In this document: positions 47,921-63,501 of the stretch, piece by piece
Numbering within the stretch: position 1 is the first letter of the stretch
How the letters are laid out: each line of letters opens with the position of its first letter
NCBI RefSeq assembly: GCF_009914755.1
Contig: NC_060943.1
Direction: 5' to 3' (one strand)
Origin: the human T2T-CHM13v2.0 reference genome, Homo sapiens
DNA length: 64,000 bases
Translations under genes and position numbers: made by a program
Notes under the pieces: model-generated
The model's input: the letters and a program-made list of their open reading frames with translations, nothing else
What the model was told of the DNA's origin: nothing
Database searches by the model: none

Positions 47921-48525
47921 TCAGAGCCCGGAGTCCAGGCCCCTCCCTCAGACGCAGGAGTCCAGACCCCCAACCCCTCCTCCCTCAGACCCAGGAGTCC
48001 AAGCCCCCAGCCCCTCCTCCCTCAGACCCAGGAGTCCAGGCCCCCAACCCCTCCTCCCTCAGACCCAGGAGTCCAAGCCCCCAGCCCCTCCTCCCTCAGA
48101 CCCAGGAGTCCAGGCCCCCAACCCCTCCTCCCTCAGACCCTGGAGTCCAGGCCCCCAGCCCCTCCTCCCTCAGACCCAGGAGTCCAGGGCCCCATTCCCT
48201 CCTCCCTCAGATCCAGGAGTCCAGGCCCAGCCCCTCCTCCCTCAGACCCAAGAGTCCAGGCCCAGCCCCTCCTCCCTCAGACCCAGGAGTCCAGGCCCCA
48301 GTCCCTTCCTCCCTCAGACCCAAAAGTCCAGGCCCCCGGCCCCTCCTCCCTCAGACCCAGGAGTCCAGACCCCCAACCCCTCCTCCCTCAGACCCAGGAG
48401 TCCAGGCCTCAGTCCCTTCTTCCCTCAGACCCAAGAGTCCAGGCCCCCGGCCCCTCCTCCCTCAGACCCAGGAGTCCAGGCCCCCAGCCCCTCCTCCCTC
48501 AGACCTAGGAGTCTGGGACCCACAC
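47921..48525 (+). repeat. MSR1 37-bp minisatellite array (about 16 units) filling KDELR1 intron 2
   Basis: Unit CCCAGGAGTCCAGGCCCCCAGCCCCTCCTCCCTCAGA; matches the chr19-enriched MSR1 repeat. Confidence 0.9.
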
Positions 48526-48575
48526 CCGGCTCCTCTGCCTCAGTGGGGGCCAGAGAGGTGGGGTGGAGCCTCTAC

Positions 48576-48676
48576 CTTCATACACGTGTTGTAGAGTGAG
48601 ATGTAGTTGGTGAAGAGGTCCAGATATCGGGCAGTGAACACCACAGCAAACAGGACCTGGCTCTTCCCTGAAATTC
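48576..48676 (-). CDS. KDELR1: KDELR1 exon 2 ([22 protein letters not shown]...NTCMK)
   Basis: cacag|GA acceptor, AAG|gtag donor, 101 nt. Confidence 0.97.
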
Positions 48677-48685
48677 CTGTGGTCC

Positions 48686-48702
48686 AGAGACAGAGAAAGA
48701 GA

Positions 48703-48768
<66 letters not shown>

Positions 48769-48770
48769 AG
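48686..48770. repeat. (AG)n(ACAG)n microsatellite abutting the KDELR1 exon 2 acceptor
   Basis: Seen directly in the sequence. Confidence 0.95.
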
Positions 48771-49431
48771 GAGAGAGGAAGCTGGGGGTGGGCTGCATGG
48801 GCAATAAACTAAGGCAGGGCGCCCGGGACCAGCCTGGAGGCAGCTCTGGAGTGCAGCTGTCCCCGGAGGCCTCCCCAGCCCGCCCCGCCTGAGCAGGGCC
48901 CTTTCCCACGGACCACAGCCAGGGGGCAGCCCAGGCCCCCGAAGCTACTCCAGCCCGAGGCTCCGTCCCAGACTAGGCCTCATGGCTACCCCTGGCCCCT
49001 CAGGGTCCTCCCGCAGTCTGGACCTGAGGTGAGGCCTAGGGAGGACCTTCCCTGACCTCAGGCCCCGGATCCGGTCACCTCCCTCCCGTTCCCTTCCTGG
49101 CCGCCACGGTCCACGTCACCAACTCACAGCCACCTCCCCGCCTGCCATGGTTCCCTGTTCCCGGTCCATGAACCCTCGGGCTGCCCAGATTGGGGCTGGG
49201 GGTGGCTGAATTGGGGGCCTAAAGCCATTCACATGAAACTGTATGCACCCCCGCCAGTCTGGGGAAGGGAGCTGATCCCCTGGAGACCCAGAACCTAGAA
49301 GAGAGATCCCCAGCAAGCAGTGGGGGTGGAACCTGTGCCCCTAGTGCCCCCAAACCCTTCCTGAGTCCTGCGACGTCCCCCAACCCCCGCCCGCAATCTC
49401 TCTCCTTCGCCAGCCCTGGTGGGCCTCTCAC

Positions 49432-49522
49432 CGGCGCACGAGCGGGACTTCCAGATTTTGAGCAGTAGCAAGATGATGGCGAGGAGGTGGGAGAGGTCTC
49501 CCAGGAATCGGAAGAGATTCAT
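49432..49522 (-). CDS. KDELR1: KDELR1 exon 1 coding part ([30 protein letters not shown])
   Basis: gccATG at 49522, G|gtgag donor, 91 nt; KDEL receptor N-terminus. Confidence 0.97.
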
Positions 49523-49900
49523 GGCTGGGGAACCCTGGCAGGGCTGAGCGGGAGGGAGGCAGGCTGGCGGGGGGGTGCCCCCCGAGGCTGCTGGTCTGAA
49601 CGGGTAGCTGGGCTGGGGGGACGGAAGAGGGACCCTAGGTGCGCTCCGCTCCGGGGAGGGGACTTTGGGAGGGGGAGCAAAGGCTGGAGCTGGCGGCGGA
49701 GCTGGAGCCGGGAAGAGGGAGGAGAGCGAGAGGGGGAGGAGTCCGGGAGGAGAGGCTCCGCCCCCGAGGGCGGGGCCTGGATCCCCGGCGCCCCCTATCG
49801 CCCACCTCCTGCTTTGCCGTGGCGGCGCTAAACGCACCCCCAAAGCTGCCCCATAGGAACTTGGGAGGGTCGCAGGGTTCGGAAAGTGCCAAATCCAGCA
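49523..49900 (-). promoter_or_regulatory. KDELR1: KDELR1 GC-rich 5'UTR/promoter
   Basis: CpG-rich with GC boxes (about 49757-49777). Confidence 0.75.
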
Positions 49901-50084
49901 CCGGTTCGCCCAGGCAGTCTGTGTCTCTGGAAGAGACGCAGTCCAGTACACCAGCCTCAGCCCTTGCAGGGATGTAGAGACTGCCCTCTGAGCTTGAAAA
50001 ATCCTGCAGGGACCCGGAGGCTCAGCTGCTAGCTTTTGCAGCTTTCAGGCACTCTAACTCCAATCCCCCAGAAGACAAGAAAGA

Positions 50085-50655
50085 TACCCCACCTACTTCC
50101 TCCCCTAGACCCAGGACTCAAGGCCCCAGCCCGTTCGTCAAACCCAGAAGTCTGGGTCCCCAGCCCCTCCTCCCTCAGACCCAGGAGTCCAGACCCCCAG
50201 CCTCTCCTCCCTCAGACCCAGAAGTCCAGACCCCCAGCCCCTCCTCCCTCAGATCCAGGAGTCCAGGCCCAGCTCCTCCTCGCTCAGACCCAGGAGTCCA
50301 GGCCCCCAGCCTCCTCCCTCAGACCCAGGAGTCCAGGCCCCCAGCCTCCTCCCTCAGACCCAGGACTCCAGGCCCCCAGACCCTCCTCCCCCAGATCCAG
50401 GAGTCCAGGCCCCCAGCCCTTCCTCCCTCAGACCCAGGAGTCCAGACCCCCAGCACCTCCTCCCTCAGACCCAGGAGTCCAGATCCCCAGCCCCTCCTCC
50501 CTCAGACCCAGGGGTCCAGGGCCCCAGCCCCTCCTCCCTCAGACCCAGGGGTCCAGGGCCCCAGCCCCTCCTCCCTCAGACCCAGGGGTCCAGGGCCCCA
50601 GCCCCTCCTCCCTCAGACCCAGGAGTTCAGGGCCCCAGCCCTTTTCCCTCCTAGG
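50085..50655 (+). repeat. Second MSR1 array (about 15 units) between the KDELR1 and GRIN2D promoters
   Basis: Same 35-37-bp unit and same orientation as 47921-48525. Confidence 0.9.
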
Positions 50656-51829
50656 ACGCTGTTCCTTGGAACTTAGGGTCCCACCCCCACCATCTTATGG
50701 ATCAAACATCCTAACCTTAAGAATCTAGATCTACAGTTTCTCCCTTTACGACCCACAGATTTAGGCCCTGATTCTCTTCTTTTTCAGGAATGTGCACCTC
50801 ACCCTGTTCTCCCAGACCTTGAGGATGAAGGAAACAGGAGCCTCACCCAGGAGGCTCAAGGCCAAAACTCTGACCCAAACTACCTCAGGAGCCCCTGGCC
50901 CTGGCTTCCCCCCTGCTCCAGAGTTTCTGCCCTGCCCACACACACACACCCTCTTCCACCCTCAGAGGCCCCGGTGTCCTGCCCCACGCTCTACCCCAGA
51001 GCCCCACGGGTGGCTTTATAAAAGTGCCGGGCCCAGCCCTCTAGCAGGAGGGGAATGCTGGGCATCTGGGTGTGGGACCCCCGGGGAACAGCCTGTGGTC
51101 TGGACTCCTGCATCTATGAGGGGACAGACGTGGCTTCCCTTCCGGATGATGGGGTACCCACAGATGATGGAGGCCAGGGTCCCTCAATAAAAGAAGGGGT
51201 GCAGGCGTGTTGATTTCTTCAGAGGGCTGGAAGGACGGGGTGCCCAAGGGTGACATCCACGAGTCTTGGGTCCCTGAGGGTGGCTTGTACGGGGGAGAGT
51301 CGGGATGACTGAGTCCTTAAAAGAGACTCCGACTTGGAGGCGGTCCCCAAATTCCTGGGTCCCAGTAGAGAAGGGGACTCCTGGGTCTGAGGGAGGAGGG
51401 GCTGGGGGGTGGGACTCCTGGGACCAGGGTCGAGACCTGGTTTTCAGGCCTGGCCTTCTGGGGCAATAAAAGCCACAGCTTGGGTCTTAGTGTGGCGAAC
51501 ACTGAAGTCAGGGAAAGGCCTCCTGTTTCCAGAGCCTCAAGGCAGGGCGGGGGCAGAGGGCAGCAACCCCCAGCCCTGGAGTCTAGCTCTGAAGCTGGTG
51601 TCTCCATACCGGGTTCTGAGTCCCTGCCTGCCTGTCCCCAGCCTGACTTCTTCCTCCCTTTTTATTTTCAGCCCCTCACTCCCTTGTCCCAGGAGGAAGG
51701 CAGAGGCTGGTAGCTAGGGGTGGGGGGCGGCCCCCTCCCCAAGCCTGGCAGGAGAAGGGGTCCCCAGGGAGGCCAGGAGGGGGGGCTGTGGGTCTCCCGG
51801 CAGTGGCAGACGGGGACTGAATGTTAATC

Positions 51830-52032
51830 GCATCCCGAGTGAGTGTGTGTGTGCGAGAACACAGCGAGTGTGTGAGTCCCTCCCGCTCCAGCTCCTCCAA
51901 GCCGCGGCCGCCGCCGCCACCCTCGCCCGCAGCCTCCCGCAGCCTCCCTCGGCCACCGGTGCCTGCTGGGGGTGTTGCCTGGGTAGGTCGGCCCGGCCCC
52001 CAGGGGTCTCTCGAGCGTCTGCCATCTGCCCG
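51830..52032 (+). other. GRIN2D: GRIN2D probable non-coding exon 1 / CpG promoter (5' end uncertain)
   Basis: CpG-rich with a GCC run; donor CCG|gtgagg at 52032. Confidence 0.6.
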
Positions 52033-52821
52033 GTGAGGATCTGTGTGTCCGGGTGTCTGGGGCTGGCTGGTGGAGGGGGGGTGTGTCTGTAAGCGCTGCG
52101 GCGGCGGAGGGAGGGAGGGGTCTGTCTGTCTGTACCGACCCTGAGCTGCCTGCCTGGGTGTCGTGGGGCTCCCGCTCCTTCCCCCCGGCCCCCCCAAACC
52201 CAGATGGATGGTGTGTACCTGGGTTCTGTGCCTCCTGCCTGCGTCCGGCCAGGCGTCTGGGCGTCCCCGGCTGCCTGTGTCCTCCTGTCTGTCCAAACAG
52301 CCCCTATCAGCAGTGGCAGCCTGGCCCCCATTAGACCCCCCACTCTGTGTGTGTGTGTCTGTGTGTGTGTCCCTCCTCAAGCTCTGGGGGTGTTGAGGGG
52401 GAATCCCAGGGAAGTGAGGTCGTGCGTGTGTGCGTGAGTGTATGTGTGTTTCTGCCTGTGTTTGAGAGTGGGGGAGTCAAGGGGGGGTCTAGAGGTGGCC
52501 AAGCGAGGAAGGGGCAAGCAGTTCCCCAAGCAGGCAATCTCCCGCTCCTCACACGCACACACCAGCCACTAGCTTCAGAGGTGACCCAGACAGACAGATA
52601 GACACAGACGCTGGAAGGGGGGGTGGGGGGGCTGAGGGCACAAAGCGGGGGTGCGAGTGAGCCAGGGAGAGGCGGGACTGGACACATGGAAAGGGGGGAG
52701 GAGCCGGGGCTGAAGCGGCAGAGGGGGGCACCCCGGGTGGGCGGAGGGGGGATCCCCACGGGGTCGGGGCGGCAAGAGGACACCCCGACAGCCTCTGCAA
52801 TGTCCGGGGCCCAACTTCCAG

Positions 52822-53100
52822 AGCAACATGTGTAGCCACGTCCTCGCCTAGTCCAGGTGGCCGCAACCTTGGGGGAGAGACAGGGCAGGACAGGACCAAG
52901 GAAGAGGAAGGAGAGACGGAGCCAGGGACAGACAGGAGGTCCGGGCTGCCGCTGCTGCCGCCACCACCACTGCCGCCGCCCCGGGGCCTGCCCCCCGACA
53001 TCGGCTCTCTGAGCCCTCCTCGGAATCTTGGGGTCGCTGGACGCCGGGTTCCGGTCCTGGCCCCCCCGCCATCCCCCCAACAGAACAGGGTCATGAAAAG
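52822..53100 (+). other. GRIN2D: GRIN2D non-coding exon 2 (5'UTR)
   Basis: ttccag|AG acceptor at 52822; strong AAG|gtaagg donor at 53100. Confidence 0.75.
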
Positions 53101-55405
53101 GTAAGGCGGGGACAGGGGATGCAGGGATGGTGGTGGGAATGTGGACCCCCAAATCTAGGACAGAGGAAGTTGGCAAGAAGACTCGTGGAGGGAGGGGGTT
53201 TGAACGGTGGGCAGGGGTCTTGACCCCCACCTAGCTCCCCTGTCCCTCAGGGACTCTCCTCCACCCTCTCTCTCTCCCTCTCTGAGCCCCTTTTTCCTGA
53301 GTCCCTACACCTCAGACCTTTCACGCCCCCATTTCTCTGACACTTGGCTCCCTCTCCCCATCCCCACATACCTGATGCCCCATATCCCTGTGCCTCCATC
53401 TCTCTATCTCACCTTCTCCCTGTACCCCCCTCCCTGCATCAGTCCCCCCATCGCGAGCCGGTCCTCTCCCTCTCTCCTCTCGCTCTCCCCTCCCATGTCA
53501 GAGCTATGAGTCTGCTATTAATACCCCCGCCAAGGACCTTGAGGGCATCCAGGCCCCCAGCACCCCTCGCCCCAAGCTCCCACCCCTTCCTCAAGGTTCT
53601 GGAACACCCTTCCAGCCTCTTCCAAGCATCAGGATTCGGGTGGGGAGAGACCGATGTTGTGTGTGTGTGTTGGGAGGTGAGGGGGGAGGAAACGGGATGC
53701 CGTCTGCAGCACAACTCGAGGTTGTGGGGGGAGCTGTTGATCGAAGTGGCCGCTCCTCTCTTCTCTGTTGGATGCTGTGGGGGGCAATGAAGACAGGGAC
53801 ACCCTAGGAATTTCTGGCACCCTCCTCCTCCTCCCCGCTTGGGGACAGGCTGTGCTATGTACAGGATCTAAGTGGGGTGACTAGGGAGGCCAGAGCTCGG
53901 TGGGGGGGCACCCAGGATGTTGGGAAGGATAGGGTTTGAAACCAAAAGGGGATCCTTAAGGGAGGACAGGAGCCGGAACCCGGACTCCTGGGTCCTTGGG
54001 GGAAGAGGGGAGCTGGGGACCTGGACTCTTGGTTCCTGCAGGGAGAGGAGGCTGGGCACTGGAGTTCCAGAGTCTTGGGGCAGGAGGGGCCTGGCCTCCT
54101 GGGTCCTGGGAAAGAACAGGACCGAATGCCCAGACTCCCAAGGCCTGGGGGAGGAAGGGGCTGCCAGAAGGACTCCTGGGTCTTTACGGGAGGAGGTAGG
54201 GGATAGCGCTTCCGTCTGAGGAAGGCAGGCTGGGAGCTCAGTCTCCTGAGTCCCTGACAGGGCAGGAGATGAGTGTTGGGGACTTTAGCCCTATGCAGAT
54301 GGAAGTGGAAACGGAGGCTCATGAGGAGGTAGAGATGGAGGCGGGGGGAGCGGGGGGTTGTCCAGAGGCTGGACTCTGTGATCCCTGAGGGCGTGGGTTC
54401 TGGGGGTTGGGCCTTCAGAGTCCTGGAGGACTGGGGATGCCCCTCCTCAGGCCCTGGAGTGGGGGAGGCTGCTCTCCCTAATCCCTGTGGTTAGGAACTG
54501 AGCATGCAGCCCCCGTGAGAAGGGTGGGGCCGGGGGCTGCCCTCCTGGGCCTCAGTAGGGAGTGGGACGCGGGGTCCCTAAGAGCAGAAGCCAGGTAGGG
54601 GTGGGTCTGGGAGAGGCAGAGGAGGGGCTGGAGGGTGAGCAGCCACTGGGAATGGAGGGGAGCGTGAGTGTTAACCCCGCGGGGGCCAGGCCACAGCTGT
54701 GGGTTATTTTGGGGCGGAGTGGGGGGGTTATTCTGAGCGCTGATTGAGCCAGCTGCTTGGGGAAGGGCAATGGAAAGGAGGAGCGAAGAGAAGCCAGGAT
54801 CGGGGAGGGATGGGCATACTAGGAGCCCCCAACCCCTTCCCTGGGGAGACAGGGGCCCGAGATCTCTGGGAAGGTGAGGTGGTGGGCAGAGGGGACGGGC
54901 TGTGGCCTCGAGGCAGGGGAGGGGTGGTGGACCTTTCCCCCGCCCTGGCTGTCTGTGGGGTGGACGAGGCCTGCGCTACCATGGCAACCAGACAGGAGCA
55001 TGACAGCCAGGAGAGAACCCTTCCTTGTCTGGACCCTCACCCCTTCTGGAAGCCCCTAGTGCGGACTCCAGTCCTTCTCTGGGAACCAGGAGTCCAGACT
55101 CCCAGTGCCCTCCTCCCTCAGTCCCAGGCAGGACCCAGGAGCCTGGCTCCCAGCCCAACCACCCCAGGCGGCTAGTATTCAACAGGGGGCACAGGAAGAG
55201 AGGCTGTATTTCCTCTAATTTACCAAATTGCTCTGGGCTGGGTGCCAGGGACCCCCACACCCACCCCACCCAGCTCTCCACAGCTGTGCCCCCCAACCCC
55301 ACATCCCAGATGGGGCCATGACTCCCTTGCTTTGAGAATGAGGGGATGGGGACAGGACTAAGGGGACAAAATGGGTTAGGGGTTGTGGTCAGGGTGAGGA
55401 GTAAG

Positions 55406-57072
<1,667 letters not shown>

Positions 57073-57416
57073 TGAGGGGCGGGACTGGGACAGCCAGCGG
57101 GGGCGGGGCCTAGAGGGGGCGGGGACTGTCCTGTGGGTCCGAGTCTGGGACAAGGTGGGCCCAGATGGTAGGCAGGGCTTAGGGCTAGATTAGAGGCGGG
57201 GCTGACTTGGAGGGGGCTGGTCTATAGGGTAAGCTGGGCCTTTAGGGTCAGAAAGAGGCCAGTCCTCGATGATCAGAGTATAGGGAGGACGTGGGCCCAT
57301 TCATTGCAGGTAAGGGTCTGTAGTAAAGGCGAGTCGAGGGAAGGGTTAGGGGCTGGGAACGAAAAGGGACTAGCCCCAAATGGCAAAATCTGAGGGAGGG
57401 GTGGGACCTAGGATCA

Positions 57417-57755
<339 letters not shown>

Positions 57756-58843
57756 TCAGAAAGAAAGGGGCGAAGTCTAGTGGAGAGGTGGCAGCTAGGA
57801 AGTATCAGAGGTATCAGGTACCAAGGACAGAGTTTGGGGAGGCGTTCGGCCGGTAGAGCATAGGGTCTAGAAGTCAGCCAGGGATGGAGGAGCCATCTTC
57901 TAAGTGGAAGAGTCGGAAAAGAGGAAGAGTCATTAGAGAGAGGAGGACGGGCAAGGGGTAGAACCAGGAAGCAAGGAATTGAGATTTGGTGCGAGGCCAG
58001 TCAGGGAAGGAGTGAGTCAGAAAAGGGGGCGGGGCTAGCCAGTTGGGGGCGGGGCCAGCGAGGGGCGGGGCCTAAGCACTCTAATAAAGGGGTGGGTCTA
58101 GGGAGGAAGCCGGTCCTGAGAGTAGGGTTTGAGAAGGGGCATACCCCGCTGTGAGGTGTGGAAAGCGAGAGTCCAGAGGATGGGCAGGAGGATGAAGGCT
58201 TATGGTGGAGGCCGACCCAGCCAATGACAGATCAAAGCCAGGAGCCTGCTGGGAAGGGATGGTAGAGGCTGGAGCTGGCCAGAGCCTGGAGAAAGGCCTG
58301 ACTCCCAAGGGCACAGAAGGGGCCAGTTGTAGCGGACCTCTGGTAGAGAAGGAGAGAATTGGACCAAGCCTGCTCTGTGGATTGAGAATGGGTCAGCTAG
58401 GAGGTGGGGCCTGAGAAGGGGCGGGGCCTCTCCAGAGGTGGGGCCAGCGCAACCCAGAGGTGGAGCTTCATTCAATCTGCCCATTCCCTGCTGTGCGGGC
58501 CTGTGGCTGTGTGACTGCATCACTGTTGTATGCAGAGGCTCGTAGTCCTCTCCTGTCCAGAGCATTCTGGGAAGGACCTCTGTCCAACTTTCTTGTTCTC
58601 CTTGGCATGGTACTTTTCAGAGATTTGTAGGTAGATGCCCTGGGAGGCGAACTTATTTCTTAACTGCCACTTCCAAGGCATACTCAAAAGACGTGATCCC
58701 TCGTGCCTTCATTGCTGCTGAGAAGTGTGGTCCTCTCTGTTTCATTGTCCGCTGGGCACTGCGGTCGGCTCAGTGTACGCCCATAGCATTCTGGGAAATG
58801 TAGTCCCCGTGCTGCCCCTGGATGGAAGAAAGAATGATCTTCA

Positions 58844-59122
<279 letters not shown>

Positions 59123-59928
59123 TCAGGAGGCTGAGGCAGGAGTAATCGCTTGAACCTGGGAGGCGGAGGTTGCAGTGAGCCGAGATTGCAGTGAGCCGAG
59201 ATCTTGCCACTGCACTCCAGCCTGGGGGACAGAGTGAGACTGTTCTCAAAAAAAAAAAAAAACAATAAACAAAAAGAACTCATTCCCTCAGGACAACTGC
59301 AGTATCCCCTGTGCGCCTAGGGAGAAAGCCCACTTGCTGTTCTCATTGCATTACAGGAAGATTTATTGAGAGCTGATTCTGTGCCAGGGCTGTTTTAATT
59401 CCTAGGGAATACAGTTCTAGAGGGGGGGAAAAAAAAAGAGAGGGAGACAAGGTCCCTGCCTTATAGAGCTTGCATTTTAATGGTGAGACAGACAAAACCA
59501 GTAACAGTAAAATCCGGCTGTCCTGGAGGAAATCAACACAGGATGTTGTAATGACTGAGGATGGAGTTTCAATAGATGGCAGTCAGGGGAGGCCTCGCTG
59601 AGGCGGTGACACCTGAGCTGGAGGTGTCAGGTGGAGGTCTGGCATGGAGGAGGTAGGGAAAAGTGTCCCCAGGAGAGGCAACAACAAAGGACAAAGCCCT
59701 TGAAGCAGGAAGGAGCTTGATGTATTTGAGGAAGAGCAAGAAGGGAGTGTGGCTGGAGCCCACTGGGGGATTGGGGTGGCAGGAGATGAGGTCAGAGAAG
59801 CAACGGGGGCCAGTTCACGCAGGGCCTTGGGGCCACGGTGAGGACTTTGGCTTTGATTCTGAGGTAGAATCACTGGAAGGTTTTCAATTGAGAAGGGATG
59901 TGATCCAATTAATATTTTGAAACAATCA

Positions 59929-60504
<576 letters not shown>

Positions 60505-60592
60505 TTAGGTTTGGGGCCTGAGCATCAGGGTGAATGAGAGAGAGAGGAAAAAAAAGGCAGCTGCTCTTTATTCCTTAAGATTCTTTACTCCT

Positions 60593-60905
60593 GGCCGGGC
60601 GCGGTGGCTCATGCCTGTAATCCCAGCACTTTGGGAGGCCGAGGCGGGTGGATCATGAGGTCAGGAGATCGAGACCATCCTGGCTAACAAGGTGAAACCC
60701 CGTCTCTACTAAAAATACAAAAAATTAGCCGGGCGCAGTGGCGGGCGCCTGTAGTCCCAGCTACTCGGGAGGCTGAGGCAGGAGAATGGCGTGAACCCGG
60801 GAAGCGGAGCTTTCAGTGAGCCGAGATTGCGCCACTGCGGTCCGCAGTCCGGCCTGGGCGACAGAGCAAGACTCCGTCTCAAAAAAAAAAAAAAAAAAAA
60901 AAAAA
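60593..60905 (+). mobile_element. AluYb8-type young Alu with 16-bp TSD
   Basis: Yb diagnostics: 7-bp insertion (ggtccgcagtccggcctgg), ctaacaaggtg, ggatcatgagg, gggaagcgg; TSD AAGATTCTTTACTCCT at 60577-60592 and 60904-60919. Confidence 0.9.
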
Positions 60906-60920
60906 GATTCTTTACTCCTT

Positions 60921-60923
<3 letters not shown>

Positions 60924-60955
<32 letters not shown>
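60924..60955. repeat. (GA)n microsatellite
   Basis: Uninterrupted GA run. Confidence 0.95.
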
Positions 60956-60958
<3 letters not shown>

Positions 60959-61129
60959 GGGAACAGTCTTGAGATAGGGGAAAGATCGAGCAATCTGTTT
61001 TTGACATGCTAATTTTGAGACACCTTGGAAATCCAAGAGGAGATATTGAATAAAAAGGAGGATAGGGGCCAGGCATGGTGGCTCACACCTGTAATCCCAG
61101 CACTTTGGGAAGCCGAGGCAGGCAGATCA

Positions 61130-61450
<321 letters not shown>

Positions 61451-62068
61451 TCAATAAAACTTTCAGCAAAGATGAAGCTGTTCTATAGCTGCTCTGTCCG
61501 ATTTGAAAGCCACAAGCCACATGTGGCTGTTGAGTACTTGACAAGTGGTTAGTGCACCCAGAAAACTAAGTTTTAAATTCTATGTAACATTTTTTTCCTC
61601 TGGTCCTTGATTCAGGATAAATTTTATTTAATTTTAATTTGAATAGTTATGAGTGGCTAACAGCCACCCTATTGGATAGCATGGGAGACAGTATTTAAAC
61701 TCATGGGCCTGGTTGAGATCACCAGGGAGAGAGGAATAGAGAAGAGAACAGTAAGGCACTCCTAGTGTTTAGAATTTAGAATTCTGGCTGAGGAAGAAGG
61801 GCCAGCAAAGGAGGCAGAGGAAGAGGTGACAGAGAGGTAGGAGGAAAACCAAAGAAGGGAAAGGACACTCTGCAAAGCTTCTTCCAGTAGGGAAATACCA
61901 TCAGCACCCTCATTGCATGCTGGGAGATGTAGTCTCCTCACTGCCTTCAGGGAACCAGTCCCTCTCAGTGGCTGCTGGGGGCTGTAGTTCCCTTACCGGA
62001 TGCTGGTTGTATTAATGACAGTGATGTTAGCTGCTGGAACGGATGAACCCCCAAATCTCAGTGGATCA

Positions 62069-62552
<484 letters not shown>

Positions 62553-62835
62553 TCACTTGAACCCAGGAGGCGGAGGTTGCAGTGAGCCAAGATCATGCCG
62601 CTGCTCACCGGCCTGGGCGACAGAGCAAGATTCTGTCTCAAAAAAACAAAAAACAAAAAAACAAAACAAAAAACTAAGGTTTTATGGATGAGTCTAGAAT
62701 AACTCATCACCTGGCTAAACCTAATCCAGATCTAGCCCTGTGCCCCAGGAGGAAAAGGAGATGGGTTTAGTGAACCTGTCGAGTCAGTCTGCCATATTGG
62801 GAGCTGTGGTCCCCTTATTCATTGCTGAGAAATAA

Positions 62836-63501
<666 letters not shown>

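Noticed and set aside
47921-48525. 37-bp periodic array superficially resembling a CRISPR array
   Set aside because: Units are contiguous with no unique spacers; human minisatellite with no cas genes
49893-49912. Possible REST/RE1 site upstream of GRIN2D (tccagcaccggttcg)
   Set aside because: Only the left half-site matches; the GGACAG half is absent
49523-49951. In-frame open stretch upstream of the KDELR1 ATG
   Set aside because: No ATG, GC-rich low complexity, and it probably extends beyond the TSS; no evidence for a non-AUG extension
47582-50728. 308-aa and 230-aa Pro-rich ORFs (47582..48508 and 50036..50728)
   Set aside because: Read-through of stop-poor MSR1 arrays; the first is also antisense to KDELR1 exon 3
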